Positions 61,566 through 64,000 of a stretch of 64,000 nucleotides of DNA are shown here, piece after piece. The notes beneath the pieces are model-generated. The model saw only the letters and a program-made list of their open reading frames with translations. It searched no databases and was not told the DNA's origin. The DNA is from an uncultured delta proteobacterium (GTDB lineage Bacteria; Desulfobacterota; Binatia; UBA9968). The translations under genes were made by a program, and so were the position numbers. Numbering within the stretch: the stretch's first letter is position 1; each line of letters begins with the position of its first letter. Location: assembly GCA_963727625.1 (NCBI GenBank), contig CAVSHR010000006.1, positions 96,001 to 160,000 of the forward strand, read 5' to 3'.

Positions 61566-62609
61566 TCATAGGTTAAAGAGCCGCTTGGCGTTTTTATAAA
61601 GGATCTTTTCCTTAACTTCGTCGGATAACGCTCCGTGGTCGCGGATATGCTGCAGATTTCCCGGGAACTCGCAGTCCCAGTGCGGAATGTCCGAAGCAAA
61701 AAGAAAGTGATCCGCCCCGACGTAATCGATGGTATGCGCCAGCTGCGATTCACCGGGCTCGATGCTGAAATAGACCTCCGATTTTCTCACCAGCTCGCTG
61801 GGTTTTTCTTTAAGCAGCGGCATCTCGAATTCCGCGCGTTTTTCCCAATGCTCGTCGAGGCGATCCAAATAATACGGCAGCCAGGTCGCGCCGATTTCCA
61901 AAAACGCGAGGCGCAGCTTGGGAAACCGCAGCGGCACGCCCTGGCACATCATACTGGTGAACTGCAGCAAGATGCCGGCGGTAAAGGCGTAGGCGTGCAC
62001 TTCGGCGAAGGTGTTCAAACCCTCGGCGCCGAGCTCGCGCGACCAGCTCCGGGTGCCGTGAATGCCGAGCGTCGCGCCGCACCTCTCCGCGGCTTCATAC
62101 ACCGGATCGTAGAAAGAATCGCCGAGCGCCATCGGCAAGCCTACCGGCAGGATCTCAAAACCGATGAGCCCCTTCTCCTTGACCGCGCGCTCGAGCTCTT
62201 CGGCGGCGGCCCGGGGCGAGCGCAGCGGCAACACGCCGACGCACTTCACGCGATCGGAGAGCGCGTTATACTCCGCGGCGAAGTGATCGTTGCAGGCCTG
62301 CGCCACGGCGATTTGAAACTTGAGCTCCTGGAGCCGCACCACGCTCCCCGAGCCGGTGGGAAAGCAAACCGCGGTCTCGATCTGATGCTCGTCCAGGATA
62401 TCCTGCCAGCGCTCGACCTGTTCGCGGGCGGAGAGCCGGCTCCAGGTGCGCTCGGTGACAAAGTGGTCGAACATGTAATTGTCCCACGGCTGATCGCCCG
62501 GACGGAGCGCCGTCGAGCGTTGGTTCCACGGCGCCTTCAAATACTTGCGGATCTCGCTTTCCTTCTCGATCACATGTCCGTCGGCATCGATGGCGGTGAG
62601 CTGGCTCAT
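61566..62609 (-). CDS. Amidohydrolase-2 family protein
   Basis: MSQLTAIDADGHVIE after a GAAGGAG RBS; GIHG, FLEIG, ASDIPHWD. Confidence 0.9.
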   Translation of the reverse strand: MSQLTAIDADGHVIEKESEIRKYLKAPWNQRSTALRPGDQPWDNYMFDHFVTERTWSRLSAREQVERWQDILDEHQIETAVCFPTGSGSVVRLQELKFQIAVAQACNDHFAAEYNALSDRVKCVGVLPLRSPRAAAEELERAVKEKGLIGFEILPVGLPMALGDSFYDPVYEAAERCGATLGIHGTRSWSRELGAEGLNTFAEVHAYAFTAGILLQFTSMMCQGVPLRFPKLRLAFLEIGATWLPYYLDRLDEHWEKRAEFEMPLLKEKPSELVRKSEVYFSIEPGESQLAHTIDYVGADHFLFASDIPHWDCEFPGNLQHIRDHGALSDEVKEKILYKNAKRLFNL

Positions 62610-62671
62610 GAGTGTTTCTCCTTCCGAGTTTTTGCTGTTCCGAATCATCCATTGCCGGTTGCGCCGGCGTG

Positions 62672-63086
62672 ATAGCTGTGTAGCGCGCATATAGAGCACG
62701 TTATGACTCTGGCGGGCGGTGAAGTTGCTAAGCGCACAGGTGATGTAACTCTTGCTCACTTCGGTGGGGTTGGTCAGGAGCACTGTGTCGTGACGACTGA
62801 TCGAATCGGTGGAGGAGAGTTCTAAGATCGTCTGTTTGTTTAAGATGCGAGGATGTTTGTAGTAGATATCTTCAAGACAAGATGGCTGGGTGAGCTTGGC
62901 ATTAAGAAGCAGCTGTTTGAGGCGCAAGTTGTCGCGTTACATTTTTTAGTACTGGAAGATCAGCAAGAAGAACTCAGGGTGGGAGAGATAGGCGGGAGAG
63001 GGATGGGCGATCTTGTCGCCGAAGCTTCGGGCCATGCCGAAGAGTTTCAGAGCATAGAGAGTCTGAAGAGTTTGTTCGTTAAGCAT
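62672..63086 (-). pseudogene. istB: IS21 helper ATPase IstB, 3'-truncated and heavily substituted
   Basis: MLNEQTL..L..LKLFGMA, CLEDI.Y..PR.L, degenerate Walker A TNPTEVSKS; in-frame TAA at 62946-48 and 62937-39. Confidence 0.85.
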
Positions 63087-63214
63087 CGGAGATTTTCCTT
63101 TCACGTTTTGGTTATCGTTGAACTGGGGGTGGTATATCCTTGCGCCCATCGCTTGGGTTCGTTAATGAGCCTTTAAACGCGTGGTTTTTTTCTACGGTCC
63201 GGTAATATCACTGG

Positions 63215-64000
63215 TCAGTGGTAATACTGGCCGCCGCGGATGTTGTCGTGGGCCGGCAGTGTTGCGGTCGAAGATTCTTTTTCTTAGAAGCGATCGAGAC
63301 CGTTCTCCAGGATTTTGCGCAGCGCTTTGAGCGAGAGATTGGAGTAACGCAGCGCCAGAGCGGCGGCGTTTTCCAGACGCTGTTGAGGATAATGTTTCTC
63401 GAGATACAAAATCCCCAGACAAGACCGATAACCTTGTTCGGGATGAGCGCGGCTGTCGATGATGGTTTGAACGAGTCGAGCCGTATGGGGACCGGTCTTG
63501 TGCGCACAGCGGATGAATCGGTCGGGGCTCCATTCAGAATATTTGCGATGGGCCGGCGGCATATGCTCTTTGAGGGTGGTGTGCCGATGGGGCAGATAGC
63601 TTCGGATATGGCAGGCCACGCGCTGTCCCTTTCGCAAGACCTCGACGGTGTGAGCGGTAAACCGGACGTGGAGCTTTTGCCCTCTCAGTTCATAGGGCAC
63701 GCTGTAGTAGTGATCGTCGACATCGATATGATAATCGATGTGGACGGTGGCGATCTTCCACTAGGCGTATTGGTAGGATTTCTGCACCAGGGGCAAAGCG
63801 TTGGGCTGATCGAAGAGTAAGAACAGCTCGCGGCGCGATTGCTTGAGCTTGCGCAGGGTTCGGTTATTCAAACGCTCCAGCAATTCACTAATGGCTGTAT
63901 TGAGATCGGCCAAGGCGTAGAACCTGCGGTGGCGTAAGACCGATAGAATCCAGCGCTTGGCAACGAGCACGCCGTTCTCGACCTTAGCTTTGTCCTTCGG
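63215..64000 (-). pseudogene. istA: IS21 transposase IstA, 3' part, with in-frame stops
   Basis: KDKAKVENGV, DYHI...HYYSVP, HMPPAHR, HPEQGYRSCLG, ends HDNIRGGQYYH*; TAG at 63761-63 and TAA at 63284-86. Confidence 0.88.

Noticed and set aside
61566-62927. Apparent 453-aa IstB-amidohydrolase fusion ORF
   Set aside because: Chance in-frame junction of a truncated, mutated istB with a gene that has its own RBS and ATG at 62609.
62672-64000. Diversity-generating retroelement as the cause of the substitutions
   Set aside because: No reverse transcriptase or TR/VR pair, and the mutated base is G rather than A.

Overview
A 64 kb GC-rich bacterial window, probably from a Candidatus Binatia/Binatota-like deltaproteobacterium. 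That assignment is an inference from the gene mix: eight amidohydrolase-2 paralogues, a Rieske dioxygenase, CocE/NonD, LLM, TauD and CaiB genes. No rRNA, tRNA or CRISPR array was seen. Positions 1-34 kb hold mostly catabolic genes plus glgP. They include a glycine/betaine-reductase component-B pair whose B subunit reads through an in-frame UGA (selenocysteine, with a SECIS-like hairpin) but lacks the canonical cysteines, and a patatin gene paired with an NDT/DRHyd-TPR-SLOG gene that looks like a nucleotide-signalling defence module. Positions 34-56 kb form an accessory hotspot with many intact or decayed toxin-antitoxin pairs, two HEPN genes (one ApeA-like), an IS1380 inserted into an IS1182, a low-GC tripartite tricarboxylate transporter, and a Y1/RAYT HUH transposase with perfect 20-bp inverted repeats. 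Copies or relatives of those repeats punctuate the cargo boundaries. The window ends in an IS21 remnant with strongly strand-biased G-to-T/A/C substitutions. Several single frameshifts in otherwise intact genes suggest indel errors in the assembly, so pseudogene calls are tentative.
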